A stretch of 64,000 nucleotides of DNA from a virus. The notes below the pieces were generated by a model. That model did no database searches, was not told the origin of the DNA, and was given only the letters and a program-made list of their open reading frames with translations. The stretch's first letter is position 1, and every line of letters begins with the position of its first letter. The position numbers and the translations under genes were made by a program. The DNA lies in the IMG/VR virus record IMGVR_UViG_3300027896_001999, positions 2,470 through 66,469 of that record; one strand, given 5' to 3'. Of the stretch, positions 1-9,749 are shown piece after piece.

Positions 1-1662
1 GTATAAATCCTGCCTAACTTGCGCATCCGTAGTATATACAACTGTCGGCTCTGATTGTAAACAAGCAACCAATCTTACAGTGGTTGCAACCGTACCGCCG
101 ACTGTTATTGTAGTCGGCACAACTCCCCAAACAATATTCTGCCTATGCGTTCCTCCAAGCGCCACTCCGTTTGCATAAACATTCAATTCTGAAAGTAAAG
201 TACATCGAACGAACTGACCTGCCGCATTGATATAAAAGAATCCCCCGGCGGCTGTGACTGCATTGCCGGCGGTCATTTTAAAAATACCGTTCATAAAATT
301 TCCGACTGCTATACTGAGAGCCACCGCCGTAACTGTCGGCAAGAATCCATCTATATATAAAGTCCCGCTTTCTTCAAACCTCTGAATTACTCTTTTAACG
401 AAGCTATCGATTTCATATCGATTTCTACTATAAGCGTAAGATGTATAATTAACGCCCGCGACCGCGCCGATTATAAAAGTTGCAACATCTATATGTACCT
501 CTGTCGGATAAATCGCCGAGGCTGTCATAGTCGGAGTATTTCCAACCAATCTGAAATAAACATAATTAATAACTGGCGCAAGGTCTGTACCACCAGTCAA
601 AACAACCGAAGCGGAATTAACTTCGTTAGGATAAACAATACCATTAAAATTAAAAGTCCCTTTTCCAAAAATTGCATATAAAGTATAGGTGAGAACTCCA
701 CCCACGCAAGTTAAAGCACTGCACGACTTATCAAGAAGCGTGTCCATTTGCTCTTCACTTAAATGCTGTGCCATGTGCGCTAATCTTCTTGGGTGTCCTC
801 TTGAGTCATGGAAGTTTATTTCGTTAAGAACATCTAAAACTCCATCTGACATTTCTTTGACAGATACTAACGTAATGACTCCCGCAAAATTGGCATCAGG
901 TGTAAAGATTAAATTTCCGGTTGTGAATGGAGAATAGTGAAGATGTACCACTTGATTACCGGAAAGAAGCGTACTCACAACTCCTCCCAAAGTGCAGGTT
1001 ATGTATCCCGCCGTCCAACCCGAAATGGTAAATTCAACCACGTAATCTTTTGTAATATTCGGTACTATCGGAATTGTCGGTACTAATGTCGTAACTGCCG
1101 AAACACCTCTTGTCGCTGTGCCTAAACCATCATTTATCGTCCAGCCTGCGCCCCCAGTCCATAACGCTTGAGTTATTGCTGGAGCAAGTTCTGCTCCTTG
1201 CTTTGCCACTATATTTACATTACCAGCAACCGCAGAAGTTCCGACTGTGACTGTACCTGTAAAAAAAGGATTATCAACTGGAGGCAATTCTATCCATATT
1301 GCCGCAGTTGCAGTATTATCTTTACAAATAAATATCCCATCATCCCCTGTATTTATCCATATATCACCTCTACTAAAAAGAACACCACCTCCCGCAGTAT
1401 CCACATTATCGTTATTCGCCGTAGGATCTGCCGCAATTTCAACTGTTCGACCTATTCTTTTCCATAAGGTATTTCCCGCGCCATATTTCTCCCATGTCAC
1501 AGGTCTTTTCCCCGCAGGCACCTGAATCAATATTGACCCTTCGGGCGCTTCTGTCCCGCCTCCGGTAGAAGGATCTGAACCAACATAGCCGAAACCTATA
1601 TTGTCCCCTATTGTGAGTCCTGTTTCAACTCTGGTTGCTTTTGCAAAAAAACCTGCCAGCAT
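1..1662 (-). CDS. Virion fibre/structural protein, partial (runs off left edge, >554 aa)
   Basis: Translated by hand: ATG at 1662 with GAGGA RBS, open to position 1 (MLAGFFAKATRVETGLTIGDNIGFGYVGSDPSTGGGTEAPEGSILIQ...); absent from the ORF track because it has no stop; N-terminus resembles the next ORF. Confidence 0.8.
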   Translation of the reverse strand, partial: MLAGFFAKATRVETGLTIGDNIGFGYVGSDPSTGGGTEAPEGSILIQVPAGKRPVTWEKYGAGNTLWKRIGRTVEIAADPTANNDNVDTAGGGVLFSRGDIWINTGDDGIFICKDNTATAAIWIELPPVDNPFFTGTVTVGTSAVAGNVNIVAKQGAELAPAITQALWTGGAGWTINDGLGTATRGVSAVTTLVPTIPIVPNITKDYVVEFTISGWTAGYITCTLGGVVSTLLSGNQVVHLHYSPFTTGNLIFTPDANFAGVITLVSVKEMSDGVLDVLNEINFHDSRGHPRRLAHMAQHLSEEQMDTLLDKSCSALTCVGGVLTYTLYAIFGKGTFNFNGIVYPNEVNSASVVLTGGTDLAPVINYVYFRLVGNTPTMTASAIYPTEVHIDVATFIIGAVAGVNYTSYAYSRNRYEIDSFVKRVIQRFEESGTLYIDGFLPTVTAVALSIAVGNFMNGIFKMTAGNAVTAAGGFFYINAAGQFVRCTLLSELNVYANGVALGGTHRQNIVWGVVPTTITVGGTVATTVRLVACLQSEPTVVYTTDAQVRQDLY

Positions 1663-1677
1663 AAATTCCTCTTTCGC

Positions 1678-2892
1678 TTATGAAAGTATTCTTTCTATTC
1701 TTATGTCGAGATTATTTGTAGCGTAAATCTGTAATTCAACATTGGCAACATTTATTGCAGGTTCTATTGTCAATCCTGCAATCACAGCGCCCAACTCTAC
1801 CACGGCGAACTTATCCCAATCTATAACCGCTCCCGCCCATGCACAATTCATAACTAACGAGTGAACATTCGCCGGAGTTCCTGTCTCCCTCACTGTTATT
1901 TTCCACAACGCCGACCAATAATTTGCCAAAACAACTGAATCCGCCACAAATGCGGGATCGCAGTCTTGATTCGGAATTACTATTTTATACGGATTCCGTG
2001 CTTTCAATTCAGCATCAAGGGCGGATAGATTTTCGTTTGTCGTTTTATTCGTCTTTACGATATTCGTGCTTACAAGGTGAGCATCCGTACCAATTGCGGC
2101 GTCAAGAGCAGATACATTACTGTTCACTGTTCCGGCGTCGGTTCCAGGAACGGACGCATCAGGAGTACAATTCAGCCCAGAAGCTCCGAAAAGATCAACC
2201 GCTCCTCCTGCTGTCAAAGCAATACTTGAAGTCGCCCCTTTGTCTAAAGAGGTAATCCTGAAATCGCCTGCAACTATTGTCATTAAAGCAATTGCACTGA
2301 TCTGAGTATTTACCAATGCCATCAATGCGGTATTGGTGATTGGACCAGCAGCGACCGTAATTGTATATCCAACCGCAGCATGACCGTCTTTTGCCATTTT
2401 AAACTTATATGTCGCATCCGCCAGAGGGCTATTATTTCCTGCTATGATCCCGGCCAGCCCGAATTCCTGATAACCCGGAGTCGGAGTCGCTATTGGATTT
2501 TGTGTTCTTGCTACCGGAGTCGGATCTTCTCCAAGATAAGTATCGAGTTTACTGATTGCCAAAGCAAGCGAATCGCCATCTATAATATGCCATTCATCCG
2601 TATAGACCGGAGTTTCACTGCCAAGCCCTGTCTTTCCGGTATAGGCATTTTGATAACCGTCTTCAGTAGACGCTCCTGCCGAATCCAGCATCTTGCTCCA
2701 TATCGTGTCCCCAGCAGCAGTCTTATGCCATAACTCTCCCGTCGCGCCGTTTTTCCTTAAATACAGAGAACCGAGATTTGCTACAACTCCAAGACCCGCA
2801 GTAGGGTCAGCAGTTCCGTAAAGAACTTCAACTTGGTCTGCCCCGACGATTATTCCAAGCCCTTTAAATATTTTAGTTACTACTAATGGCAT
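1678..2892 (-). CDS. Virion fibre/appendage protein
   Basis: Ala/Gly/Thr-rich; short coiled segments (AISKLD, NVSALD, NLSALD); beta-rich C-terminus; in the late block. Confidence 0.65.
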   Translation of the reverse strand: MPLVVTKIFKGLGIIVGADQVEVLYGTADPTAGLGVVANLGSLYLRKNGATGELWHKTAAGDTIWSKMLDSAGASTEDGYQNAYTGKTGLGSETPVYTDEWHIIDGDSLALAISKLDTYLGEDPTPVARTQNPIATPTPGYQEFGLAGIIAGNNSPLADATYKFKMAKDGHAAVGYTITVAAGPITNTALMALVNTQISAIALMTIVAGDFRITSLDKGATSSIALTAGGAVDLFGASGLNCTPDASVPGTDAGTVNSNVSALDAAIGTDAHLVSTNIVKTNKTTNENLSALDAELKARNPYKIVIPNQDCDPAFVADSVVLANYWSALWKITVRETGTPANVHSLVMNCAWAGAVIDWDKFAVVELGAVIAGLTIEPAINVANVELQIYATNNLDIRIERILS

Positions 2893-2902
2893 TGAATTTC
2901 TC

Positions 2903-3271
2903 CTATACGAAAATTCTTACAAACTTTATAATGATTGAACTGCCTTCGTTGTTTGTAATAGACAATTTCATTTCAAGACCATCTATCACTACATCTAAAG
3001 CATAATTTATATAGTCCCCGGATACACCATATCGGATATGTTCAATGTCCGCAAGAGTTTTAATCCCTGCGACAATACTATGTTCTGACTTGGTACCGCA
3101 AACGACTTGTAATATCCATGTATTGCTTAAACTGGTTGTAAACAATATCGCGTCTACCGTTTCCGTGGCAGTGGTCAGTATGGTTTTTTGGCCACCATGC
3201 AACTTAATCCCAATGTCTACATTTTCCAGCATTTCAACACATCCAATAAATGATATATATTGCCATTGCAA
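2903..3271 (-). CDS. Small structural protein resembling the C-terminal domain of 1678-2892 (start possibly 3232)
   Basis: Similar beta-strand pattern to the last ~100 aa of the neighbouring ORF. Confidence 0.5.
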   Translation of the reverse strand: MQWQYISFIGCVEMLENVDIGIKLHGGQKTILTTATETVDAILFTTSLSNTWILQVVCGTKSEHSIVAGIKTLADIEHIRYGVSGDYINYALDVVIDGLEMKLSITNNEGSSIIIKFVRIFV

Positions 3272-3316
3272 ACATTACAATAACCCATGCTATAAACAAT
3301 TCTTTTTGAGATTCTT

Positions 3317-3979
3317 TCATTTCAGTAATGCTTTTGAAATCTCTGTTTCATAGTTGTCAATACAATGATCTTCTTTCTTTTTGACCAAACTTATCTTATC
3401 TAACAAAGTAATTTTCCCTAATGCTATGTGACCTTTCGTATGTGAGAAATTCATCCAGGATGCAGGGAGATGTGGTACTATGTCGCTCTTATAAGTAAAT
3501 CTTTTAGACATTTCTATACTCTTATCGTAATACCTGGCCGTTCTGTAGTCCATCACACGTAAAGATCCGAACGTATTCACACGGAATCTCTTCTTATCTA
3601 TATAATCAATTGCTGCTCTTTGCGCCAATCCCCCACCAAGGGAGTGCCCATTGAATATGAAATCATTTTCTTTTTCTAAAATTCTATAGACCAATGGCTT
3701 AATGGTATCCCATTGTTCGTCAACACCATGATGGAACTTAGCCAGAAAGGTTTTCATCTTTTCTTTTTCTTTACAGAACTTAAGATCATCTAAGGCATCG
3801 GCTGTTCCATCTGTGCCCATGAAAGTCAATATTGGTCTATCTTCGTAATAGCCAAAAGAAAATTGCGTATGCCCTCTTTCAAAGACACCACATTTTTCTA
3901 AGATTTTTTGATTTTCATTGTGGTAAAGATTTTTTGATTCTCTTGCACAAATTAAATCAAGATTATCGATTCTGTTCAT
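3317..3979 (-). CDS. Class 3 lipase (alpha/beta hydrolase)
   Basis: GHSLGG nucleophile elbow, FMGTD, HHG, TFGS.RV, DIVPHLP and late His; start moved to ATG 3979 (GGAGG RBS, ATGA overlap with upstream ORF). Confidence 0.9.
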   Translation of the reverse strand: MNRIDNLDLICARESKNLYHNENQKILEKCGVFERGHTQFSFGYYEDRPILTFMGTDGTADALDDLKFCKEKEKMKTFLAKFHHGVDEQWDTIKPLVYRILEKENDFIFNGHSLGGGLAQRAAIDYIDKKRFRVNTFGSLRVMDYRTARYYDKSIEMSKRFTYKSDIVPHLPASWMNFSHTKGHIALGKITLLDKISLVKKKEDHCIDNYETEISKALLK

Positions 3980-4161
3980 TTGGAACCTCCCAAACTCTTT
4001 GGTATTGGCATAGGGTCTTTTTGAAACCATTTGGTTGTGAACGTACCAAATATGCACATGAAAGCAATAACTAAAGTGAATATCAAAGCTATCAACTTCC
4101 ATGTATGCTTTTCTGCCATTTCCCAGAATCCTTCCCAAAATGGTTTTAGATTTTTATGCAT
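3976..4161 (-). CDS. Small single-TM membrane protein (holin/lysis accessory candidate)
   Basis: Hydrophobic LIALIFTLVIAFMCIFGTF; overlaps both neighbours. Confidence 0.5.
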   Translation of the reverse strand: MHKNLKPFWEGFWEMAEKHTWKLIALIFTLVIAFMCIFGTFTTKWFQKDPMPIPKSLGGSK

Positions 4162-4381
4162 TCTGTTTCATAGCTCCTTTCATTTCATGTACAATTTTTG
4201 AAAGATCGTTCTGCTCTGTTTCAACTTTCCCTATACGACCGGTGCAGTTTTCTTTACAGTCCTTTATCTTATCGCGGAAAGAGTTGATGATGAAAGCGAA
4301 ATAACTCCCGACAATACCAACAAACAGGCCAACAATAATAACAAGGATGCTAATAAACGTCCCATCAGAATTATCTTGCAT
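4154..4381 (-). CDS. N-terminal TM plus coiled-coil protein (holin-like)
   Basis: TM segment followed by a short coiled coil; GGAG RBS. Confidence 0.5.
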   Translation of the reverse strand: MQDNSDGTFISILVIIVGLFVGIVGSYFAFIINSFRDKIKDCKENCTGRIGKVETEQNDLSKIVHEMKGAMKQNA

Positions 4382-4450
4382 TCACTTATCTCCTTCATTT
4401 CATAACCTCATGCAGTATAGTTTATCCTATTGTCCCACCTGAGTACACCG

Positions 4451-4564
4451 TCAATCTGGAAGTGGTGGGGTCTGTCGCAAAGACCAATCTTCAGCAAATT
4501 GATATGCTGATAAATTGACAGTGAAAATTATCATCATTATTAACATTAGCACCATCTTCTTCAT
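4451..4564 (-). CDS. 37-aa ORF with signal-peptide-like N-terminus
   Basis: Hand translation MKKMVLMLIMMIIFTVNLSAYQFAEDWSLRQTPPLPD; GGAG RBS; below the ORF-track cutoff. Confidence 0.35.
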   Translation of the reverse strand: MKKMVLMLIMMIIFTVNLSAYQFAEDWSLRQTPPLPD

Positions 4565-4585
4565 TTGTTTATCTCCCAATATATC

Positions 4586-6331
4586 CTATGTCCAGTATGT
4601 TGCATGACTGCTAAATTGTGCTACTATTGCTACATCTGTTGTATCAATATTAGTGTTCAACGTATTACCAGTAGCATCGGGAAGCAAAGAAGAACCATAA
4701 GAACAGCTATGGAATCCTTCATGGACATTGCCCAAAATGGTGCCAGTAGCACATGCAGAAAGTACATTACAATTTTCAAACCCATATCCTAAGTCACCTG
4801 CACCTGCACCGCCAGTAACTCCATGAGCAAAACATCCTGACATATATGAACAAGTCTTAAACCCAGTAGCATGAGTGTTGGTCGATACAATATCACTTGC
4901 TCCGCACCCTGACATTGTATAACATAAACTGTGTCCAACAGATATCCCATTTGTAGACCTGCTATCATCCACCTGACAAGCAGACATTTGGTTACAAGAA
5001 TAAAAACCATAGACCGCACCATCTGTTGATGTTAAACCACTGGCGAAACATCCTGTTATTTGAGTGCAACCATAGAAGGCTCTAATCTCTGGAGTTGTCG
5101 TTGTTATGGTTTTTATCATACATCCTGTCACTTGGGAGCATTGATAAAATCCATACACAATATCCCCTGTTCCAGTTATGTTATAAACTAAGCAATTTGA
5201 TAAATTGCCACAATCTTTAAATCCGTAAATCTTATCTGTTCCATTAATCGCAAAAACTGAGCAATCTCTGTACTTACTTGTCGTGTTATGTAATGCCGTT
5301 CCACTTCCCTGAAATCCTACAAAATCAACGTTACTCAATCTATTGCTTGTCTTGCAGTTATCAAACGTAACATAATTTGCACCAAGTTTAAATGATTCAG
5401 TTATGCTCGCTACTGTCACACCTGTTCCTTTTATCCAGACATTTTTAAGATAGCAATGGTCTGTATTGACAGTCATATTCCCTTTCAATTCAGCAGCACC
5501 AGCACCACTCGCACTAAATTGGATAAATGTTCCAGATTCCATCGTGACCTCAGAACAAGCATTGGTATATAAGTCACCCCACGTATCACCACCGGATAAT
5601 AAACTGTATGGTTGATACCCTCCTGACAAATATCTGAAGTGAATTGATTTTATATGAGGCTTGAGATAATAAGCATTTGCACCAAACCGATAAAAAGCAT
5701 TATTGAAAGAGGTCTGGTCATACACAACCACTTGTGAATTTTTATTCCCAACTTTGTGAGGCATATATTGGGAAAATGTAAAAGTGCTTCCTGCTTCAGT
5801 AAATGTGCAAAGGCATAATTCATAAGCAGTTGGAGCAACAGTTGATGCCGTGAACACAAATGACGGTGATGAATCATATGCCCATGTTCCTGCTTTCTTT
5901 GCTCTGGACCTTGCAGTACCATCCAGATCCACATAAGCAACCTTCAAATAATTGACTGCACCACCAGCAGTCCATCCAGCAATCGTTAGATCTGTCTGAG
6001 CTGTCCATGCTACTCTGATTGCTTCAACATCCTCATCCTGAGTGGTTGGTGGTGTTGGCACATAACTCAAGACAGTCTGAAAAGATTTTTTGACATATCC
6101 CACTCCAGCGGTGATATTAAAGTTTGTACCAGCACCCTGAGATGCTTCACCGCCTTCAGTATGGAAAGGAATTTGTTTTAGCTGGTCTTTGAAGGAAAGA
6201 CCCACCCTGTCCATTAGATACAGCAGGTCTCTCATCAAGTCTTGTGAATAATACCGGTCACCCGCACCATCAGGCACTCCATTCGGTGCAACAGCATCAA
6301 AGCCCCAGTTGATTTTCTTTTTTATAGCCAT
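4586..6331 (-). CDS. Tail fibre/tailspike with Cys-rich beta-helix repeats
   Basis: Follows the baseplate genes; repeated GFxxCxxxxxC units in the C-terminal half. Confidence 0.8.
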   Translation of the reverse strand: MAIKKKINWGFDAVAPNGVPDGAGDRYYSQDLMRDLLYLMDRVGLSFKDQLKQIPFHTEGGEASQGAGTNFNITAGVGYVKKSFQTVLSYVPTPPTTQDEDVEAIRVAWTAQTDLTIAGWTAGGAVNYLKVAYVDLDGTARSRAKKAGTWAYDSSPSFVFTASTVAPTAYELCLCTFTEAGSTFTFSQYMPHKVGNKNSQVVVYDQTSFNNAFYRFGANAYYLKPHIKSIHFRYLSGGYQPYSLLSGGDTWGDLYTNACSEVTMESGTFIQFSASGAGAAELKGNMTVNTDHCYLKNVWIKGTGVTVASITESFKLGANYVTFDNCKTSNRLSNVDFVGFQGSGTALHNTTSKYRDCSVFAINGTDKIYGFKDCGNLSNCLVYNITGTGDIVYGFYQCSQVTGCMIKTITTTTPEIRAFYGCTQITGCFASGLTSTDGAVYGFYSCNQMSACQVDDSRSTNGISVGHSLCYTMSGCGASDIVSTNTHATGFKTCSYMSGCFAHGVTGGAGAGDLGYGFENCNVLSACATGTILGNVHEGFHSCSYGSSLLPDATGNTLNTNIDTTDVAIVAQFSSHATYWT

Positions 6332-6340
6332 TTCTTTACC

Positions 6341-6982
6341 TCATCCCATAATTGCATAAACTGTCCATATCGATACATTAAAATATCCTAACACCACTCG
6401 AAAATACACAGGCACAACATCTGTTAAAGAAACAACCAGCTGTTCCACTTGAAGCACTGTGAGGAAACCATTATCAACGTCTATCCACACTACTCCAGCA
6501 ATCTCACACTCATCTCCAGCACCAATCAAGTCAATACCAAGCTCATCATCAACACCATCTGTACCAATAGTTGCCGTATAATCTGAAGAGTCCGTACTTT
6601 CCTTTGCCCACAACAACCAATCAGCATTATAGTAGGACGAGACAATTACAGAACTGCCACCTGCGATGGAATCAATGATAATCTTTGCATCATTTACCCA
6701 ACTCCCACGATTCTTATGTCTCTGTACGGCAGTATATATTTTTATTCTTTTTGCTGTTTCTGCGTCAAATGGTAAAATATTTGCTGAAAGCATATAACCG
6801 AGTTCATCAAGTAGATGTGATGGACATCTTTCCGCTAATTTAAGAAATGCCATTTCAGTGATTTCCTTTTTCCAATCTGCTACATGAGTATCAGACTTGG
6901 CAATCAGGGCTATTGCAGAAAGATCAGATGTCGCTGTCTTTTTTAACAGTTCTGGAATGTCTCTTGAAAATTCTGGCAACAT
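6341..6982 (-). CDS. Baseplate wedge protein (P2 gpI-like)
   Basis: Immediately downstream of the J-like gene; LLDELGYML...KR.KI..AV..HK.RG pattern. Confidence 0.7.
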   Translation of the reverse strand: MLPEFSRDIPELLKKTATSDLSAIALIAKSDTHVADWKKEITEMAFLKLAERCPSHLLDELGYMLSANILPFDAETAKRIKIYTAVQRHKNRGSWVNDAKIIIDSIAGGSSVIVSSYYNADWLLWAKESTDSSDYTATIGTDGVDDELGIDLIGAGDECEIAGVVWIDVDNGFLTVLQVEQLVVSLTDVVPVYFRVVLGYFNVSIWTVYAIMG

Positions 6983-6984
6983 AC

Positions 6985-8745
6985 TTAAATCTCCGTAAGT
7001 GTCATAACACCATCTGTGCTGATTTCATCTATTGCATTAGTGAAAGGGAACGCCGGAGCTGCCCAAGTAACGTAATCACATCCGTCTATGAACATATTTA
7101 TAAACCCAAGAGTTTCACTTTGGTCATGAGTTTGCCCAAAATATGGTGCAAGGCCACGACCATCTATTTCATCAAGAAACACTTGAATTTGAGGATAGTC
7201 CTCTGAGACGAACGTAGTAGTCCATTTTGCATTTATCAAAGTCACAGCACTTTCAATTCCATTGGTAAAATAATCGTTTATTATTTCTGTAGTATACTCA
7301 CTCATAAGTAGCCGAACACAGAGAGTATAAAAAGGCAACATATCTGCAAACACGAATCCGGTCTTTACCTTCATGGCTGAAGTGACGTTTCTTGTGTTAT
7401 AAGTTGGGTCTTCTACTCTAACATCTATAGATCCAAGTATAGTTCTATCTATCAAATAATTTTGAAGAGCTGTTTTAAATGCCCCAGAAGGAACTCCTCC
7501 CCCCGTTGGAACAACCACAACCTGGGCAGAAAGAAGACCATAGACATTCTTATTGACCGCAACTATAGAGACTCCTCCGTAAGCTTCTGCCAATGCTTGT
7601 CCATCTTCTACTGTTATAAATCTATCACGAGCCTTTAAAAGAAGCGGGGCAAGTCTTTTTGCAGATTCAATAGACTCTTCGTCACTACCACCAGTAAAAG
7701 TAGCAGGGTTAGAAACACCTTCTATATTGGCATCAGAACCAGAATACATGGAAACTCTATTCACAACACTCACATTCCCGTCTAAGCCGCCACCATGAGC
7801 GTACATCGCATAGACCGGAAATGCACCAGGAAGAACTCCGTACACTCCGTCACCAAATCTTATTTTGCTTTTCCCATTCTTATCGTAAAGAATCTTGTAA
7901 TGAGTATCCGCTACTCCTGAATTAACAAAAGTGTCTACTCTTGTCCAAACGACAGCATTTATAGTTATCACCAAGGTATTCTCCAACACCCATAAATGAG
8001 GCAAGGCAAACTCCTGCCATTCTGTGATAGCATCAGCAGTGCCAAGAGATATAGATGCAGATAAAGAATCTTGTTGATAACAAGTGACTGGGAATGAATA
8101 GAGATGGATTATGTGAGCAGGAGTCCCTGCATCAAGAATATCTATGTATGTGCCTGCGTAAGCACCCGCGAGGGTGGTTGATAGACGAATATGAGTAGCA
8201 TCTACATAGATAACGTAATAGTCTGTATTTATCAAAAGAGGAGAAGGCAAGTCTGCTGCTGCGGTGGTCAATCGTACCTTTTCACCGGTCGTGTACACTC
8301 TGGCAACAGTGAGTTTATCGTCTCCAGCAACAGCTACAAAAGTTTCACTTGAAGCCGCAATGGTAACCGCAGCTCTTGCTTCATATTTCTTACCAACCAT
8401 CACGGAGGAACCAACAGTCTTCCCTGATAAGTTTGCAGGGACTATTGTTACAGGGAACACAGTTGCTCCCTTAAGATAAAATAAAAGAATGCCCGAACTC
8501 TCTACTTGTGGTGTCAAGTCATAGTCTATCAATTCACATAGATCTATAACGGCTTGACGAGTGAATGCTGTTCTTAGATATGCTTGATTGGCAGATGCAT
8601 TTTCTATCATAGATAACATATCACCAACTCCAGCCCAAATACGTTTGAACCATTCTGGTTTGTCTACCAGATATGGATCGGAGTTGATATCATTCATAAT
8701 AGTAGAGAATGTTCTTGAGGTATAACGAATTGGACTGGTTGTCAT
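6985..8745 (-). CDS. Baseplate J-like wedge protein
   Basis: YTSRTF start, ANQAYLRTA, IRFGDG.YG, TGGSDEES and RFITVED motifs. Confidence 0.92.
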   Translation of the reverse strand: MTTSPIRYTSRTFSTIMNDINSDPYLVDKPEWFKRIWAGVGDMLSMIENASANQAYLRTAFTRQAVIDLCELIDYDLTPQVESSGILLFYLKGATVFPVTIVPANLSGKTVGSSVMVGKKYEARAAVTIAASSETFVAVAGDDKLTVARVYTTGEKVRLTTAAADLPSPLLINTDYYVIYVDATHIRLSTTLAGAYAGTYIDILDAGTPAHIIHLYSFPVTCYQQDSLSASISLGTADAITEWQEFALPHLWVLENTLVITINAVVWTRVDTFVNSGVADTHYKILYDKNGKSKIRFGDGVYGVLPGAFPVYAMYAHGGGLDGNVSVVNRVSMYSGSDANIEGVSNPATFTGGSDEESIESAKRLAPLLLKARDRFITVEDGQALAEAYGGVSIVAVNKNVYGLLSAQVVVVPTGGGVPSGAFKTALQNYLIDRTILGSIDVRVEDPTYNTRNVTSAMKVKTGFVFADMLPFYTLCVRLLMSEYTTEIINDYFTNGIESAVTLINAKWTTTFVSEDYPQIQVFLDEIDGRGLAPYFGQTHDQSETLGFINMFIDGCDYVTWAAPAFPFTNAIDEISTDGVMTLTEI

Positions 8746-9152
8746 TTCACTCCTGCCATTGGTACGTTTATCGTTCTGTAATTATTGAAATTGTAATAAG
8801 GAATAAACAAGACTATTACGTCTAATTCTCCGCCAGACTTAAGAAAACTGATACTGGTTTGACTCACTGCAATTCTACGATCTGGAAGACCGTTCAAACC
8901 ATCCGCAACAACACTATTCTTCCATGCAATAGCATTGGCGGCATTATATCTTATATTCACTTGAAGACCAAGGTCGTTCGGATGATTTTCATACCCAGAA
9001 ACCCCACCCGACTCTCTTCTGTCGTAGTACAAACTTCTATCCCGTTGATACATAAGCAACATCAAATCTGAACTCAGTTCTAAGTCCAAATTATTTTTTC
9101 CGTAATAGAAAAATATATCCCAACTGCTGAGTTCATCTATAGAATAATCCAT
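8742..9152 (-). CDS. Baseplate wedge/sheath initiator (gp25/gpW position)
   Basis: Size and position between spike and J. Confidence 0.55.
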   Translation of the reverse strand: MDYSIDELSSWDIFFYYGKNNLDLELSSDLMLLMYQRDRSLYYDRRESGGVSGYENHPNDLGLQVNIRYNAANAIAWKNSVVADGLNGLPDRRIAVSQTSISFLKSGGELDVIVLFIPYYNFNNYRTINVPMAGVK

Positions 9153-9749
9153 CTATTTTCCTTTCAAGAGTAAACTTATGATCGTACTCAGATTCGTCCT
9201 TATTGCCACAAATGCAGCAACATTAACAGGAACCCCTGAAGGGACCCCTCCAGTAACCACAGTCAAAGCTTCTATGGCAGATATCAAGTTCGTAAGAGTT
9301 GTCTTCAAGATATTACCTAAGACGAAAGGTTCAGTCCCTTCCAAGAAGACCAACTCTTTGGTGTCGTCACTATACTTTATACTTTCTTTAGTGATAGGAC
9401 TTTCAAAAATCACTCTTGTTGCCGGCTGGCCATCAAACTTTGATGGGATCATGCTGTCCATTTCACTTGCGTAATGTAGATATCGAGGCTTATTCGGATC
9501 ACCCGAAGCAAAGTACACATCTACCCAGGAACCTTTCTCTGGGACACTCATAGAGTTCCCTTGTCTTGGAAAGCACCACATCCCTTTGTCTTCTGTATAG
9601 AAACCCAGTTCCGGTATGACGACCTTCACTCGCCCTTTCTTTAAAGTATCAAAGTTGTTTACGACTTCAGATTCGTAATGCCTCAACCATTTAGTCTCTT
9701 CACGAATAACCTGATCAAGCTGAGCTCGGACATCTCTTTGAAAACTCAT
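9153..9749 (-). CDS. Baseplate central spike (gpV/gp5 OB-fold)
   Basis: V..N.D..KKGRVKV.IP, PEKGSWVDVYF..GDP.KP motif; VPSGVPVN tip. Confidence 0.88.
   Translation of the reverse strand: MSFQRDVRAQLDQVIREETKWLRHYESEVVNNFDTLKKGRVKVVIPELGFYTEDKGMWCFPRQGNSMSVPEKGSWVDVYFASGDPNKPRYLHYASEMDSMIPSKFDGQPATRVIFESPITKESIKYSDDTKELVFLEGTEPFVLGNILKTTLTNLISAIEALTVVTGGVPSGVPVNVAAFVAIRTNLSTIISLLLKGK

Noticed and set aside
1-6331. Diversity-generating retroelement or invertase acting on fibres
   Set aside because: No reverse transcriptase, TR/VR pair or recombinase seen in the window
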